Program-made: the position numbers and the translations under genes
Notes under the pieces: generated by a model
Database searches by the model: none
What the model was told of the DNA's origin: nothing
The model's input: the letters and a program-made list of their open reading frames with translations, nothing else
Shown here: one piece after another, positions 11,051 through 21,104 of the stretch
How the letters are laid out: the number at the start of each line of letters is the position of its first letter
Position numbering within the stretch: the stretch's first letter is position 1
Source: a virus
Lineage: Duplodnaviria > Heunggongvirae > Uroviricota > Caudoviricetes
DNA length: 54,993 nt
Reading direction: 5' to 3' (one strand)
Virus record (IMG/VR): IMGVR_UViG_2923302340_000009
Span: 1 to 54,993 of that record

Positions 11051-13596
11051 CGTCCACCTCCGGAGAACAGACCACCATCGCGCATCTGCCCGGTCACAAC
11101 ATCCATTGCCGCCTTACGGGCTACGTCATAAACCGCCTTCAGTGCCTGTGGCCCTATCTGCCCGTTCGTGCCGTCGTTGTTAATCACCACATGGTTATTC
11201 TGCTCAAACTTCCCGGACGCCTGCGAGAGGCTGTCCGCCATGCTGCCCGGTGTACCGACATAACCGCCGGTGGCATAGCCGCGCATCAGCCGGTAAAGAT
11301 TTCCCACGCCAATCCGGCTGGTTGCCTCCTTCGTGAAGACAAATTCACCACGGTGAACAATCCCCGCTGGCTCATATTTGCCGCCGGTTCCCGTAAACCC
11401 TCCGGCCGCAAAATGGAATTTCGCCGCAGCTGCCTGAATGGCTGTACCGCCTGACGCGGATGCGCCGCCGCCAATGGCGCTGCCTATACTTCCGACAATC
11501 CCCACCATTGCCTGCTTAAGCAGAATTTCTGTCATCATGGACAGCACGGAACGGGTGAAGCTGCGCCAGTTCTGTTCACTGCCGGTCAGCATCGCCGCCA
11601 TATTCTGTGCAATACCATCAAAGGTCTGCGTGGCAGCACTTTTAACCTGCGACATACTGTCCGTGGCGCTCTCTTCCCACTCACTCCAGCCTGACCTGAG
11701 GCCTGCCATCCAGCTCCCGCGAAGCTGGTCTTCAGCCGCCCAGGTCTTTTTCTGCTCTGACATGACGTTATTCAGCGCCAGCGGATTATCGCCATACTGT
11801 TCCTTCAGACGCTGTTCTGTGGCTTCCCGCGCTGCCTGCCGGTCAGTCAGCCCCCGGCTTTTCGCATCAATGGCGGCCCGTTTTGCCCGTTGCTGCTGTG
11901 CGAATTTATCCGCCTGCTGCGCCAGCGCGTTCAGGCGCTCCTGATACGTAACCTTGTCGCCAAGTGCAGCCAGCTGGCGTTTGTACTCCAGCGTCTCATC
12001 TTTATGCGCCAGCAGGGATTTCTCCTGTGCAGACAGCTGGCGACGTTGCGCCGCCTCCTCCAGTACCGCGAACTGACTCTCCGCCTTCCACAAATCCCGG
12101 CGCTGCTGGCTGATTTTCTCATTTGCTCCGGCATGCTTCTCCAGCGTCCGGAGTTCTGCCTGAAGCGTCAGCAGGGCAGCATGAGCACTGTCTTCCTGAC
12201 GATCGCCCGCAGACACCTTCACGCCGGACTGTTTCGGCTTTTTCAGCGTCGCTTCATAATCCTTTTTCGCCGCCGCCATCAGCGTGTTGTAATCTGCCTG
12301 CAGGATTTTCCCGTCTTTCAGTGCCTTGTTCAGTTCTTCCTGACGGGCGGTATATTTCTCCAGCGGCGTCTGCAGGCGTTCGTAAGCCTTCTGCGCCTCT
12401 TCGGTATATTTCAGCCGTGACGCTTCAGTATCGCTCTGCTGCTGCGCATTTTTGTCCTGTTGAGTCTGCTGCTCAGCCTTCTTTCGGGCGGCTTCAAGCG
12501 CAAGACGGGCCTTTTCACGATCATCCCAGTAACGCGCCCGCGCTTCATCGTTAACAAAATAATCATCCTTGCGCAGATTCCAGATGTCGTCTGCTTTCTT
12601 AAACGCAGCCTCTGCCTTAATCAGCATCTCCTGCGCGGTATCAGGACGACCAATATCCAGCACCGCATCCCACATGGATTTGAATGCCCGCGCAGTCCTG
12701 TCTGCCCAGGTCTCCAGCGTGCCCATGTTCTCTTTCAGGCGGCGGGTCTGGTCATCAAACCCTTTCGTTGCGGCCTCGTTCGCCGCCTGCAATGCCCCGG
12801 CTTCATCGCCGGAACGCTGCAACTGAGCAACATACGCAATCTGCTCCGCCGTCACGTTATGGAACTGGCGTGCCATCGCCGTCAGCCCCGACGTCGGGTC
12901 TGTGGTCAGCTTCCCGAAGGCTTCAGCGACCTTGTCCACCTCCACGCCGGATGCAGAGGAGAAACGCGCCACACTCTGGCTGATGGACGCAATCTGAGCC
13001 TCACCGCTTACCCCCGCCTTAACCAGTGCGCTGAGTGACTCGCTGGTCTGGTTAAACGTCAGCCCTGCCGCCTGCCCGGCTCTGGACAGGACCAGCATGC
13101 GATCTGCCGTCAGACCCGACTGATTGCCGGAAAGGACCAGCGTTTTGTTGAAATCGGACAGGGTTGAGTTGCCCTGATACCAGGCATACGCCAGCGCACC
13201 GGTCGCCACCGCCAGCGAGGTGGCCCCCACCATCGGCAGGGTGATCGCACCGGCAAGCCCCCTGAACATGGGGATCATCCCGCCGAAGGAGTCCTTCACC
13301 TGCCCCCCCTGTTGCAGCAGGATCAGCCACGGACTTTGCCCGCCTGCAAGCTGCGTGGCCACGTCGGTGAACTGTGCAGGCAGCATACGCATGGCGGCTT
13401 TATACTGCCCGACGGAAATCCCCGCTTTCTGTGCAGCCAGCGCCTGTCGGCTCAGCGACTGTTCAACGACTGCCGCTGTTTTTTTCGCATCACTTTCCGT
13501 ACCGGAAAAATGACGCCTGACTCTGGCCATCTGCTCGTCAAATCTGGCCGCATCCAGACTTAAATCAACGACCAGATCGCCTACCGGTTCAGCCAT
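11047..13596 (-). CDS. H: tail tape measure protein H
   Basis: 849 aa, lambda gpH-like, coiled-coil rich. Confidence 0.92.
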   Translation of the reverse strand: MAEPVGDLVVDLSLDAARFDEQMARVRRHFSGTESDAKKTAAVVEQSLSRQALAAQKAGISVGQYKAAMRMLPAQFTDVATQLAGGQSPWLILLQQGGQVKDSFGGMIPMFRGLAGAITLPMVGATSLAVATGALAYAWYQGNSTLSDFNKTLVLSGNQSGLTADRMLVLSRAGQAAGLTFNQTSESLSALVKAGVSGEAQIASISQSVARFSSASGVEVDKVAEAFGKLTTDPTSGLTAMARQFHNVTAEQIAYVAQLQRSGDEAGALQAANEAATKGFDDQTRRLKENMGTLETWADRTARAFKSMWDAVLDIGRPDTAQEMLIKAEAAFKKADDIWNLRKDDYFVNDEARARYWDDREKARLALEAARKKAEQQTQQDKNAQQQSDTEASRLKYTEEAQKAYERLQTPLEKYTARQEELNKALKDGKILQADYNTLMAAAKKDYEATLKKPKQSGVKVSAGDRQEDSAHAALLTLQAELRTLEKHAGANEKISQQRRDLWKAESQFAVLEEAAQRRQLSAQEKSLLAHKDETLEYKRQLAALGDKVTYQERLNALAQQADKFAQQQRAKRAAIDAKSRGLTDRQAAREATEQRLKEQYGDNPLALNNVMSEQKKTWAAEDQLRGSWMAGLRSGWSEWEESATDSMSQVKSAATQTFDGIAQNMAAMLTGSEQNWRSFTRSVLSMMTEILLKQAMVGIVGSIGSAIGGGASASGGTAIQAAAAKFHFAAGGFTGTGGKYEPAGIVHRGEFVFTKEATSRIGVGNLYRLMRGYATGGYVGTPGSMADSLSQASGKFEQNNHVVINNDGTNGQIGPQALKAVYDVARKAAMDVVTGQMRDGGLFSGGGR

Positions 13597-14023
13597 ACCG
13601 GATTCCTCCTGCGATCCCTTCTGATACTGTCATCAGCATTACGTCATCCTCCGTCATGTCCGCCACATCCGGGGAAACGGGGATAACTTCATTCCCGTCC
13701 GGGCCAAAGCGGACACCTCCGGCAAGCCCTGTCGCTTTCTGCATCAGCACATCATCTTCAGGCTCTTCGTCAGCCTCGCGCCGGTTCAGCAGACTGAAAT
13801 CCAGCGGATGCATATCCGGATCGCTGAAAAACAGGCTGAGCACGATGTACGTCAGCCCGGAAAAGTGCATATCCAGCAGAACATCATGAAAATAATGGGT
13901 ACTGTAAAAGCGGTGCCAGTCGGCATACTCCGTGGATGACATCCCGGCAAGCATGGCACGCCAGTCGGGTCGCCCCATCTCGCGCGCCAGTTTCAGGGCA
14001 AAACTCAGCTCACCGTCGAACAC
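13589..14023 (-). CDS. T: tail assembly chaperone T region (expressed as G-T fusion by -1 frameshift)
   Basis: Matches lambda gpT; overlaps 3' end of G in -1 frame. Confidence 0.85.
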   Translation of the reverse strand: MFDGELSFALKLAREMGRPDWRAMLAGMSSTEYADWHRFYSTHYFHDVLLDMHFSGLTYIVLSLFFSDPDMHPLDFSLLNRREADEEPEDDVLMQKATGLAGGVRFGPDGNEVIPVSPDVADMTEDDVMLMTVSEGIAGGIRYG

Positions 14024-14427
14024 TTTCCCGCAGAAACAGGCTCTGCAGGCCCGGCGTCCTCTGTCTGTTCAGGGGCATTATTCACAACAAACTCATACAT
14101 ACCAGACAGCCGGTACACCACGTTTTCAGCATGAGAAATTGCCTCTGTGGGCCAGGTGGTAAGCACTTCCTGCTCAATCTGTTTAACGGCTTCATTCATG
14201 GACGGCATCTGCGTCTTCTGCGGATGGTTATGCCACAGGGACATCGCCACCAGAAACGCGCCGGTTCTGATGGCGTCTTCCACAGTAAACTTCCGGTTGC
14301 TGTCTGACTCCGCCTGTTCTGCCTGCCGTTTCATCAGGGCGAGATGCTCAATACGCTGCAGGGCTGACAGTTCAGAAAGCGTGACGGTCACGCCGTTATG
14401 TTCAAATGATTCGGTTTTCAGGAACAT
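14005..14427 (-). CDS. G: tail assembly chaperone G
   Basis: 140 aa, matches lambda gpG. Confidence 0.9.
   Translation of the reverse strand: MFLKTESFEHNGVTVTLSELSALQRIEHLALMKRQAEQAESDSNRKFTVEDAIRTGAFLVAMSLWHNHPQKTQMPSMNEAVKQIEQEVLTTWPTEAISHAENVVYRLSGMYEFVVNNAPEQTEDAGPAEPVSAGKCSTVS
14023..14029 (-). other. programmed -1 ribosomal frameshift slippery heptamer (G GGA AAG) for G-T fusion
   Basis: Plus strand ctttccc = GGGAAAG on minus strand within the G/T overlap, as in lambda. Confidence 0.7.
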
Positions 14428-14442
14428 CGCTGACTCTCCGGA

Positions 14443-15183
14443 TTAACTGTCAGTGACAGTGATTTCTGCAACCGCAGCAAGTTCACCATTACCGGATACA
14501 ACCGGAATGTTGACCTTACCTGCAGCAACGCCGTTCACGGTGATGGTCATACCACTGACCGACACGGTGGCTTTTGTTTTATCCGCAGACACCGCACGAA
14601 AGCTCTTGTCGGTTACGCCCTCCGGCTGGAAGGCCACGGTCAGCGTGGTGCTCTGCCCTTTCACCACCGAGGTGCTGGCAGGCGTCACGGTCATGCCGGT
14701 TGCCGCTGTTACCGTGCTGCGATCTTCTGCCATCGACGGACGTCCCACATTGGTGACTTTCACCGTGCGGGTGATCACTTCCTTCGCCGTCACCGCCTTA
14801 CCGATACTGCTGACCCAGCCACGGAACACATCGACCGTGCCGTTCGGGAAGCGGATTTTATAGGCACGGGTATCGCCTTCATTAAACCACGCCAGCAGCG
14901 CCTGCTGCCCCTGCTCTCCGGGCATCCACGCCAGCGTGAAGCTGGTATCTCCGGCAGATTTCTGCCCCTGCCCGGTCGCAGTCCAGTCTGCATCTTCATC
15001 ATCGAGATAGCTGTCGTCACAGGACTCAGCGGTCAGTTCGCCGGGCGTCAGGTCTTTAACTTTTGCCAGACGCGACCAGTCAACGTCTGAAAGCGGATTC
15101 GCATAAGGGTCACCGCTCCCCTTATAAACCCACAGGGTGGTCCCGGCACCTTTCACCGGCATTGTAGGATTTGGTACAGGCAT
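14443..15183 (-). CDS. V: major tail protein V
   Basis: Matches lambda gpV from [14 protein letters not shown]; C-terminal Ig-like domain. Confidence 0.93.
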   Translation of the reverse strand: MPVPNPTMPVKGAGTTLWVYKGSGDPYANPLSDVDWSRLAKVKDLTPGELTAESCDDSYLDDEDADWTATGQGQKSAGDTSFTLAWMPGEQGQQALLAWFNEGDTRAYKIRFPNGTVDVFRGWVSSIGKAVTAKEVITRTVKVTNVGRPSMAEDRSTVTAATGMTVTPASTSVVKGQSTTLTVAFQPEGVTDKSFRAVSADKTKATVSVSGMTITVNGVAAGKVNIPVVSGNGELAAVAEITVTDS

Positions 15184-15190
15184 AGCGTCC

Positions 15191-15586
15191 TCACATTTCA
15201 TAGGTAATGACATAAGTCAGACCGGCTGAACTCCACAGGCCCGCATCATCGTCGCGCCGGTAGTCATAGCCGCTGGCCACCATACTGGTGATCAAATCTG
15301 ACAGTGCCGGGATATCGCTCATCACCGGATAAATCCGGGACTCCATCCACGCATCCAGCTCTGAATCCGGCACCTGAGCAGGCAGGAAAACTTCGATATG
15401 CAGCTCCGCCTGCCAGGTATCGCTGTCCAGCTCTTCGCCCGTGTATTCAGCGCCGGTGAGATAAACGGCAACTGCCGGAAAATCCGCCTCATCAAAAACA
15501 GCGGGGCGACCATCAAAAAGCGTCGCCCCGGTGTCATGCTTCTCCAGTGCATCCAGTACGGCTGCACGGAGTTCAGTATGTTTCAT
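15191..15586 (-). CDS. U: tail terminator protein U
   Basis: 131 aa, matches lambda gpU. Confidence 0.93.
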   Translation of the reverse strand: MKHTELRAAVLDALEKHDTGATLFDGRPAVFDEADFPAVAVYLTGAEYTGEELDSDTWQAELHIEVFLPAQVPDSELDAWMESRIYPVMSDIPALSDLITSMVASGYDYRRDDDAGLWSSAGLTYVITYEM

Positions 15587-16161
15587 CGCTTTATTACCAT
15601 TCTCAGTTGATGCTGCAGCGCATAGCCCAGCTCTTTCGGAAGACGTTCACGCCGTATCCGTTCAATATTCTGTTTAAACGCCGTGGTCAGCGGCACCGCC
15701 ATCGGGATTTTCACCACATCAATGGGGTAACGGTTTTTCCCGGCCACACGCTGCATGACATGCCAGCGGCCATTTTTCAGTTGCTGAATAAACGCGCCGG
15801 GAATACGACGGTTTCCCACCACAAGCACGCTGCCGCCACCTTTCAGGGCTGAACGCTGCCCCTTTTTACGACGCCTGCGTCGGGACAGGACAATCCGCGC
15901 GTTACCCTGCTTTATTACGGGCAAATCCCCCCGGTTAACCCTGATTCTGGCCTGCGGATTTTTGACCGTGGCCCTTTTCAGCCTGGCCCTTTCCTTTACC
16001 AGTTTCCGGCGTACCTTTGTCTCACGGGCAACCTGTGACGCAGACTGCGATATCGCGGATGACGCAACGCGGTTAATGGCCATTGCGGCGGCACCAGGCA
16101 CCGCCGTTTTGCTGATACGGCTGAGGTTTTCAACGGCCTGCTCAAGACCTTTTATGGCCAT
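15583..16161 (-). CDS. Z: tail completion protein Z
   Basis: 192 aa, matches lambda gpZ. Confidence 0.92.
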   Translation of the reverse strand: MAIKGLEQAVENLSRISKTAVPGAAAMAINRVASSAISQSASQVARETKVRRKLVKERARLKRATVKNPQARIRVNRGDLPVIKQGNARIVLSRRRRRKKGQRSALKGGGSVLVVGNRRIPGAFIQQLKNGRWHVMQRVAGKNRYPIDVVKIPMAVPLTTAFKQNIERIRRERLPKELGYALQHQLRMVIKR

Positions 16162-16172
16162 ACATCCCCCTT

Positions 16173-16523
16173 TCAGCGGCGACGGTTAACGGCAGGCGGC
16201 ACGCCACGCCCAAGCCAGAGATGACAGCTTCCGCCATCATCCGGCGAAACCCGGTCTATCCAGAAGTTTTCCTCACCGATGGTCAGCGTGTCTCCACGCC
16301 GCAGCTGCCGCACCTCATCAGTCCGGACAAACAGGGACGGGCTGGAGCCTTCAACGCGCACGCCCTGTCCGGCATAGCTGATATTTTCAGGGTCATCAAA
16401 AACACCACGTATCACAGCACCGGACTGCTCACCGGATGTCATGGTGGCTGACGTTCCCATGTACCCGCGTATCGTTTCATCAGCGCGGGCAATGGCAGCA
16501 TCGAACAGGTTATCGAAATCAGC
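16173..16523 (-). pseudogene. FII: head-tail joining gene FII separated from its GTG start and SD by an IS insertion
   Basis: Lambda FII codons 2 onward (ADFDNLFDAAIA...) abut the IS end; in-frame TGA inside the IS; first usable ATG is 22 codons in. Confidence 0.75.
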
Positions 16524-16553
16524 GTAAGCGGCTCGTCAGAACCGTATTGATAT

Positions 16554-18125
16554 TTACTGAGAGCTCAGATCAACTTTCCAGGGCAACAGATCGCGTACCC
16601 GGTTTGCCGGCCAGTCCTGGATATGTTCAATGACGTAGCGCAGCCACTTTTCTGGCTCCACATTGTTCAGACGGCATGTGCCGATCAGCGAGTACAACAC
16701 CGCCGCATGTTCACCACCGCTGTCGGAACCCGCGAACATCCAGTTTTTCCGGCCTACGGCCACTCCCCGTAAGGCGTTCTCTGCGATGTTGTTGTCGATT
16801 TCCACCCAGCCATTACTGCAGTACACGTTCAGTGCATCCCACTGTTTCAGCAGGTATGCGAACGCTTTTGCCGTATCTGAGTGACGCGACAGTGTTTTCA
16901 TCTGTTGCTGTATCCAGTCATACAGTGACTGCATCAGTGGCGCGGCTCTGGTTTTTCTTGCCGCCAGACGCTGTTCTGCTGAACAGCCCCGGACCTCTGC
17001 CTCGATGGCATACAGTTCACCGATACGCTGCAGGGCTTCCGTGGTGATGTCGGTGGGCGCTCTTGCATGCACATCGTGGATTTTTCTCCGGGCATGAGCC
17101 ATACACGCGGCTTCCGTTATTCTGCCGGATTCGTATAACGCCCGGTAACCACCGTAAGCATCGGCCTGAAGCACACCGCTGTAACCGGCCAGGTGATTTT
17201 GTGGATGGATACCTTTCCGGTCCGGACTGTACGCGAACCAGACCGCCGGGGGCATCTGTGAACCGGCGTTACGGTCATCACGGACGTAGACCCACAGCCG
17301 GGCTGTCCGGGTTTTACCGCTGCCCGGCTCCTGGACCGGGACGGGGATATCATCAGCATGGACTTTACCGGGCATCAGCACATACTGGCGCAGGACGTCA
17401 TACAGCGGCTCCAGTAGTTCAGCAACGGCACCTGTCCAGCGCCCCAGCGTGGCGCGGCTCAGCTCCACACCCTGACGGCGGTATATCTCTGACTGGCGGT
17501 ATAACGGCAGATGGTCTGCATATTTTCCGGTGACGACATGGGCCAGGAGCCCCGCTCCGGCATAACTGCGTGCAATGGGTTTTGAAGGTACTGGTGCCTG
17601 CACGATATGGTCGCACCGGCAACAGGCCAGTTTCGGACGTTGTGTTTCGATAACCTTAAAGGCGCTGCTGATAAGCTCCAGTTGCTCTGACACATCACAT
17701 CCCAGAGAACTGAGTTCACCACCACAGGCCGGACAGCATTCCTCTTCCGGCCGGATAACCCGGGTTTCACGGGGAAGTGAGGCCGGTAACGGTTTACGGG
17801 CTGAAGACTGGCGCAGGGCGGATGGCAGTACCGGGTCATATTGCTCACCCAGCGTTTCCGCCATTTCTTCCTGAAGTGCGCTGATTCGCTCCTGTGCTTC
17901 CTGTATCTGCCGTTCGGTTTTTGCGCGAAGTTTTTCTGAGCTTTTACCGAACTGCATACGCTGCAGTTTCGCAACCAGCGCCTTCAGCCGGTTGATTTCG
18001 GAAGCATAAGCCGCCACCCGCTGTGAGAGCAGGCGGTTGTATTCAGCCATCTGGCGTATGGTGTCCTGTTGCGTCTGCAACAGTGCCCGCAGGCGGGCGT
18101 TCTCATGAGCAAGTGAGGTGTCCAT
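16554..18125 (-). CDS. tnpC: IS66-family transposase TnpC
   Basis: 523 aa with N-terminal coiled coil and Cys-rich zinc-finger region typical of IS66 Orf3. Confidence 0.85.
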   Translation of the reverse strand: MDTSLAHENARLRALLQTQQDTIRQMAEYNRLLSQRVAAYASEINRLKALVAKLQRMQFGKSSEKLRAKTERQIQEAQERISALQEEMAETLGEQYDPVLPSALRQSSARKPLPASLPRETRVIRPEEECCPACGGELSSLGCDVSEQLELISSAFKVIETQRPKLACCRCDHIVQAPVPSKPIARSYAGAGLLAHVVTGKYADHLPLYRQSEIYRRQGVELSRATLGRWTGAVAELLEPLYDVLRQYVLMPGKVHADDIPVPVQEPGSGKTRTARLWVYVRDDRNAGSQMPPAVWFAYSPDRKGIHPQNHLAGYSGVLQADAYGGYRALYESGRITEAACMAHARRKIHDVHARAPTDITTEALQRIGELYAIEAEVRGCSAEQRLAARKTRAAPLMQSLYDWIQQQMKTLSRHSDTAKAFAYLLKQWDALNVYCSNGWVEIDNNIAENALRGVAVGRKNWMFAGSDSGGEHAAVLYSLIGTCRLNNVEPEKWLRYVIEHIQDWPANRVRDLLPWKVDLSSQ

Positions 18126-18144
18126 ATCCTCACTTTACAACGGG

Positions 18145-18492
18145 TTATATACGGATTCCAGCGCGTTCCGTTCGTTTCGGGTGCTTCCAGTTGATACCTT
18201 CAAGAAGCATGGATAACTGAGCCGGAGTAAGGTGCACCTTGCCGTCACGGGTGACTGGCCAGACGAAGCGGCCCCGCTCCAGGCGTTTGGTGAAGAGGCA
18301 CAGTCCGTCACTGTCAGCCCACAACACTTTTATCTGGTCACCCCGGCGTCCGCGGAAGATGAACAGGTGTCCGGAGAACGGGTCATCCTTCAGGACGTTC
18401 TGAACTTTTGATGCCAGGCCGTTAAAACCATTTCGCATGTCGGTGATACCGGCAACCAGCCAGATACGCGAACCGGCAGGGAGAGATATCAT
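18145..18492 (-). CDS. tnpB: IS66-family accessory protein TnpB (Orf2)
   Basis: 115 aa; position and size match IS66 Orf2. Confidence 0.8.
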   Translation of the reverse strand: MISLPAGSRIWLVAGITDMRNGFNGLASKVQNVLKDDPFSGHLFIFRGRRGDQIKVLWADSDGLCLFTKRLERGRFVWPVTRDGKVHLTPAQLSMLLEGINWKHPKRTERAGIRI

Positions 18493-19169
18493 CAGTGGCT
18501 GCTCCCTTTCATTTCGCGGATAAGTGTCTGTAATAACGCCGGCGTCAGTTTACCTTTAAGCCTGAGAGTTCCGGCCGGCAGAACCAGCTCGCAGCACAGA
18601 CTGTCTGGCAGTGTATTTATCTGTTCAGGTATCTGCACTGGTGCCGGGATTTTATTATCCGGCTCCGGCGTTAACGTCACGGGAAGTAGCGATGTTTCAT
18701 GTTCGCCGGGCGGCTGCAGGCCGCCGTTACGCCAGAGATGCCGCCAGTTAAAGAGCAGGTTATCGTTGATTCCGTTTTCCCGGGCGATCTGCGCCACACA
18801 GGCTCCGGGCTGCAGTGACTGCTCCACTAAGGCGATTTTAAACTCATAAGGGAAGTTGGGCCGCCGGGGACGTTTTTTTACCACGGGGGCTTCGGATATA
18901 ACGGTGCTTTCAGGACGTACGACTGGTACCGTGGAAAATTGTCCGTAAAGGCAGGCATCAAGTTCCTGCTCCGACATGCCTGCGGGCAAAGGCCACGAAA
19001 GGCCAGCTCTCCGAAAGCGCACGAACATACTACAAACGGTTGATTTTGGTACACCCAGGCGACGCCCGGCCACAACCCGGGGTAAATGTTCTTCAAAGTG
19101 AAGACGTAAAGCTTCAGTGATCCAGGTCCGATGTTTCATACGATAGTGTCCATTAAAAATGATGGACAT
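18492..19169 (-). CDS. tnpA: IS66-family accessory protein TnpA (Orf1)
   Basis: 225 aa with N-terminal HTH-like region; first ORF of the IS. Confidence 0.75.
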   Translation of the reverse strand: MSIIFNGHYRMKHRTWITEALRLHFEEHLPRVVAGRRLGVPKSTVCSMFVRFRRAGLSWPLPAGMSEQELDACLYGQFSTVPVVRPESTVISEAPVVKKRPRRPNFPYEFKIALVEQSLQPGACVAQIARENGINDNLLFNWRHLWRNGGLQPPGEHETSLLPVTLTPEPDNKIPAPVQIPEQINTLPDSLCCELVLPAGTLRLKGKLTPALLQTLIREMKGSSH

Positions 19170-19244
19170 TATTTTTGTAGAGCCGGAGGAAACAGACCAG
19201 ACGGTTTAAATGAGCCGGTTACAAATCAGCCACAGCGCCTCCCG

Positions 19245-19640
19245 TTATTGCATTCTGGCCAGGCCACGTTCTGTCATTTCGGCTGCCACACCGGCAGAGA
19301 CACGAAACGCCGTTCCCGGCAGCACAAATGCCACAGGTTTATCCCGCGTGGCGTGAAGTGCATCAGTATGCAGCGTCACCAGTGCCACGACCGTGACCAG
19401 AGCAGCCGTATCAATCACGGTATCCGGCTGCGCTGATACCACCTCATTTTCATGCCCGGTCAGCACATTTTCCCGGCTGAGAGGGGTGTCCTGACCGGCA
19501 CTGTCGCCCGTGTCATCAAGCTCTTCTTCCAGCTCTGCCACACGGAGCGCCAGTTCTTCTTTCGTCCCCGTCAGGCTGATATCACGGTTCAGTTGTTCAC
19601 CCAGCGAGCGGAGACGGGCAATCAGTTCATCTTTCGTCAT
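19245..19640 (-). CDS. FI: DNA packaging protein FI
   Basis: Matches lambda gpFI from MTKDELIARLRSLGEQL. Confidence 0.92.
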   Translation of the reverse strand: MTKDELIARLRSLGEQLNRDISLTGTKEELALRVAELEEELDDTGDSAGQDTPLSRENVLTGHENEVVSAQPDTVIDTAALVTVVALVTLHTDALHATRDKPVAFVLPGTAFRVSAGVAAEMTERGLARMQ

Positions 19641-19681
19641 GGACTCCTCCACAGAGAAACAATGGCCCCGAAGGGCCATGA

Positions 19682-20707
19682 TTACGCCAGTTGTACAGAC
19701 ACGAACTCATCAGGGTCAGCCAGCAGCATCAGCGGTGCTGACTGAATCATGGTGAACTCACGCGCCGGGTCGCCGGTGGTCACCCAGTTTTTCGGGTAAC
19801 GGGCAGAGGCGTTAATGCCTTCACGCTGTGCGTCCGCATCCTGAATGCAGCCATAGGTGCGCAGACCGCGTGCCTGAGTGTTCCCCAGCACCATCGTGTT
19901 GTCCGGCAGGAAGTTCTTTTTGACGCCGTTTTCCACGTACTGTCCGGAATACACGACGATGGCCACATCGCCATACATTCCCTTATAAGACACCGCTTTG
20001 CCCAGGTCTTTTACCGCTGTCTCCAGCTCGGAATGAGAGCCGCGACGGGTATCCAGCTTCTCCTTGACGGCCTTGAAGGAACGGAACAGCGCCCAGCCTT
20101 TCGGATCAAACACGATGATATTCACCACACCGCTGGCGTTCAGCGCGTAGGCTTCGATATCGTCGGTCGGGTCATACGTGGACTTGTCACGCTTGCTCCA
20201 CTCCGTGCCGCCGGACTGCGTGATGTTATTCGCCGCACTGCGGCCCATATCCACCTCAACCGGATCGAAGGCTTCACCGGTCATGGTGTATTTGCCCTTA
20301 AGCACGGCAGAAACTGCCTGCATCTCTTCGACCTGGGCAATCGCCAGATTTTCATCCAGCATATTCTGCCGAATAATACGGCGACGACGGTAAGCCGGGT
20401 CAGCCAGGTTCTGCGGATCTTCATCCGGCAGGCGACGCAGGGTCATCTGCGGATTCACCTCATGCTTGGGTTTGACATAACCCGGCGTAAATTCAGAGGT
20501 GGAGCCGCCACGGGATCGGATAACCTCACCGGAAACAATCGGCGAAACGTACAGCGCCATGTTTACCAGTCCCGGAATTTGTGAGAGATAGACTTTCTCC
20601 GTGGTGAAGGGATAGCTCTCACGGAAAAAGAGACGCAGAAACAGCGGATCAAACTTAAATTTCTGCTCATTTGCCGCCAGCAGTTGGGCGGTTGTGTACA
20701 TCGACAT
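19682..20707 (-). CDS. E: major capsid protein E
   Basis: Matches lambda gpE from MSMYTTAQLLAANEQ. Confidence 0.95.
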   Translation of the reverse strand: MSMYTTAQLLAANEQKFKFDPLFLRLFFRESYPFTTEKVYLSQIPGLVNMALYVSPIVSGEVIRSRGGSTSEFTPGYVKPKHEVNPQMTLRRLPDEDPQNLADPAYRRRRIIRQNMLDENLAIAQVEEMQAVSAVLKGKYTMTGEAFDPVEVDMGRSAANNITQSGGTEWSKRDKSTYDPTDDIEAYALNASGVVNIIVFDPKGWALFRSFKAVKEKLDTRRGSHSELETAVKDLGKAVSYKGMYGDVAIVVYSGQYVENGVKKNFLPDNTMVLGNTQARGLRTYGCIQDADAQREGINASARYPKNWVTTGDPAREFTMIQSAPLMLLADPDEFVSVQLA

Positions 20708-20762
20708 AAAAAAATCCCGTAAAAAAAGCCGCACAGGCGGCCTTTAGTGATGAAGGGTAAAG

Positions 20763-21095
20763 TTAAACGATGCTGATTGCCGTTCCGGCAAACGCGGTCC
20801 GTTTTTTCGTCTCGTCGCTGGCAGCCTCCGGCCAGAGCACATCCTCATAACGGAACGTGCCGGACTTGTAGAACGTCAGCGTGGTGCTGGTCTGGTCAGC
20901 AGCAACCGCAAGAATGCCAACGGCAGCACCGTCGGTGGTGCCATCCCACGCAACCAGCTTACGGCTGGAGGTGTCCAGCATCAGCGGGGTCATTGCAGGC
21001 GCTTTCGCACTCAATACGCCGGGCGCGGTTGCGGTATGAGCCGGGTCACTGTTGCCCTGCGGCTGGTAATGGGTAAAGGTTTCTTTGCTCGTCAT
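20763..21095 (-). CDS. D: head decoration protein D
   Basis: Matches lambda gpD ([15 protein letters not shown]...). Confidence 0.95.
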   Translation of the reverse strand: MTSKETFTHYQPQGNSDPAHTATAPGVLSAKAPAMTPLMLDTSSRKLVAWDGTTDGAAVGILAVAADQTSTTLTFYKSGTFRYEDVLWPEAASDETKKRTAFAGTAISIV

Positions 21096-21104
21096 AAACA
21101 TCCC

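Larger units (their letters stand above)
16524..19222 (-). mobile_element. IS66-family insertion sequence (about 2.7 kb) with imperfect terminal inverted repeats and 8-bp target duplication
   Basis: Three-ORF tnpA-tnpB-tnpC organisation; ends GTAAGCGGCTCG / GTAACCGGCTCA; TSD aaatcagc at 16516..16523 and 19223..19230. Confidence 0.85.
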
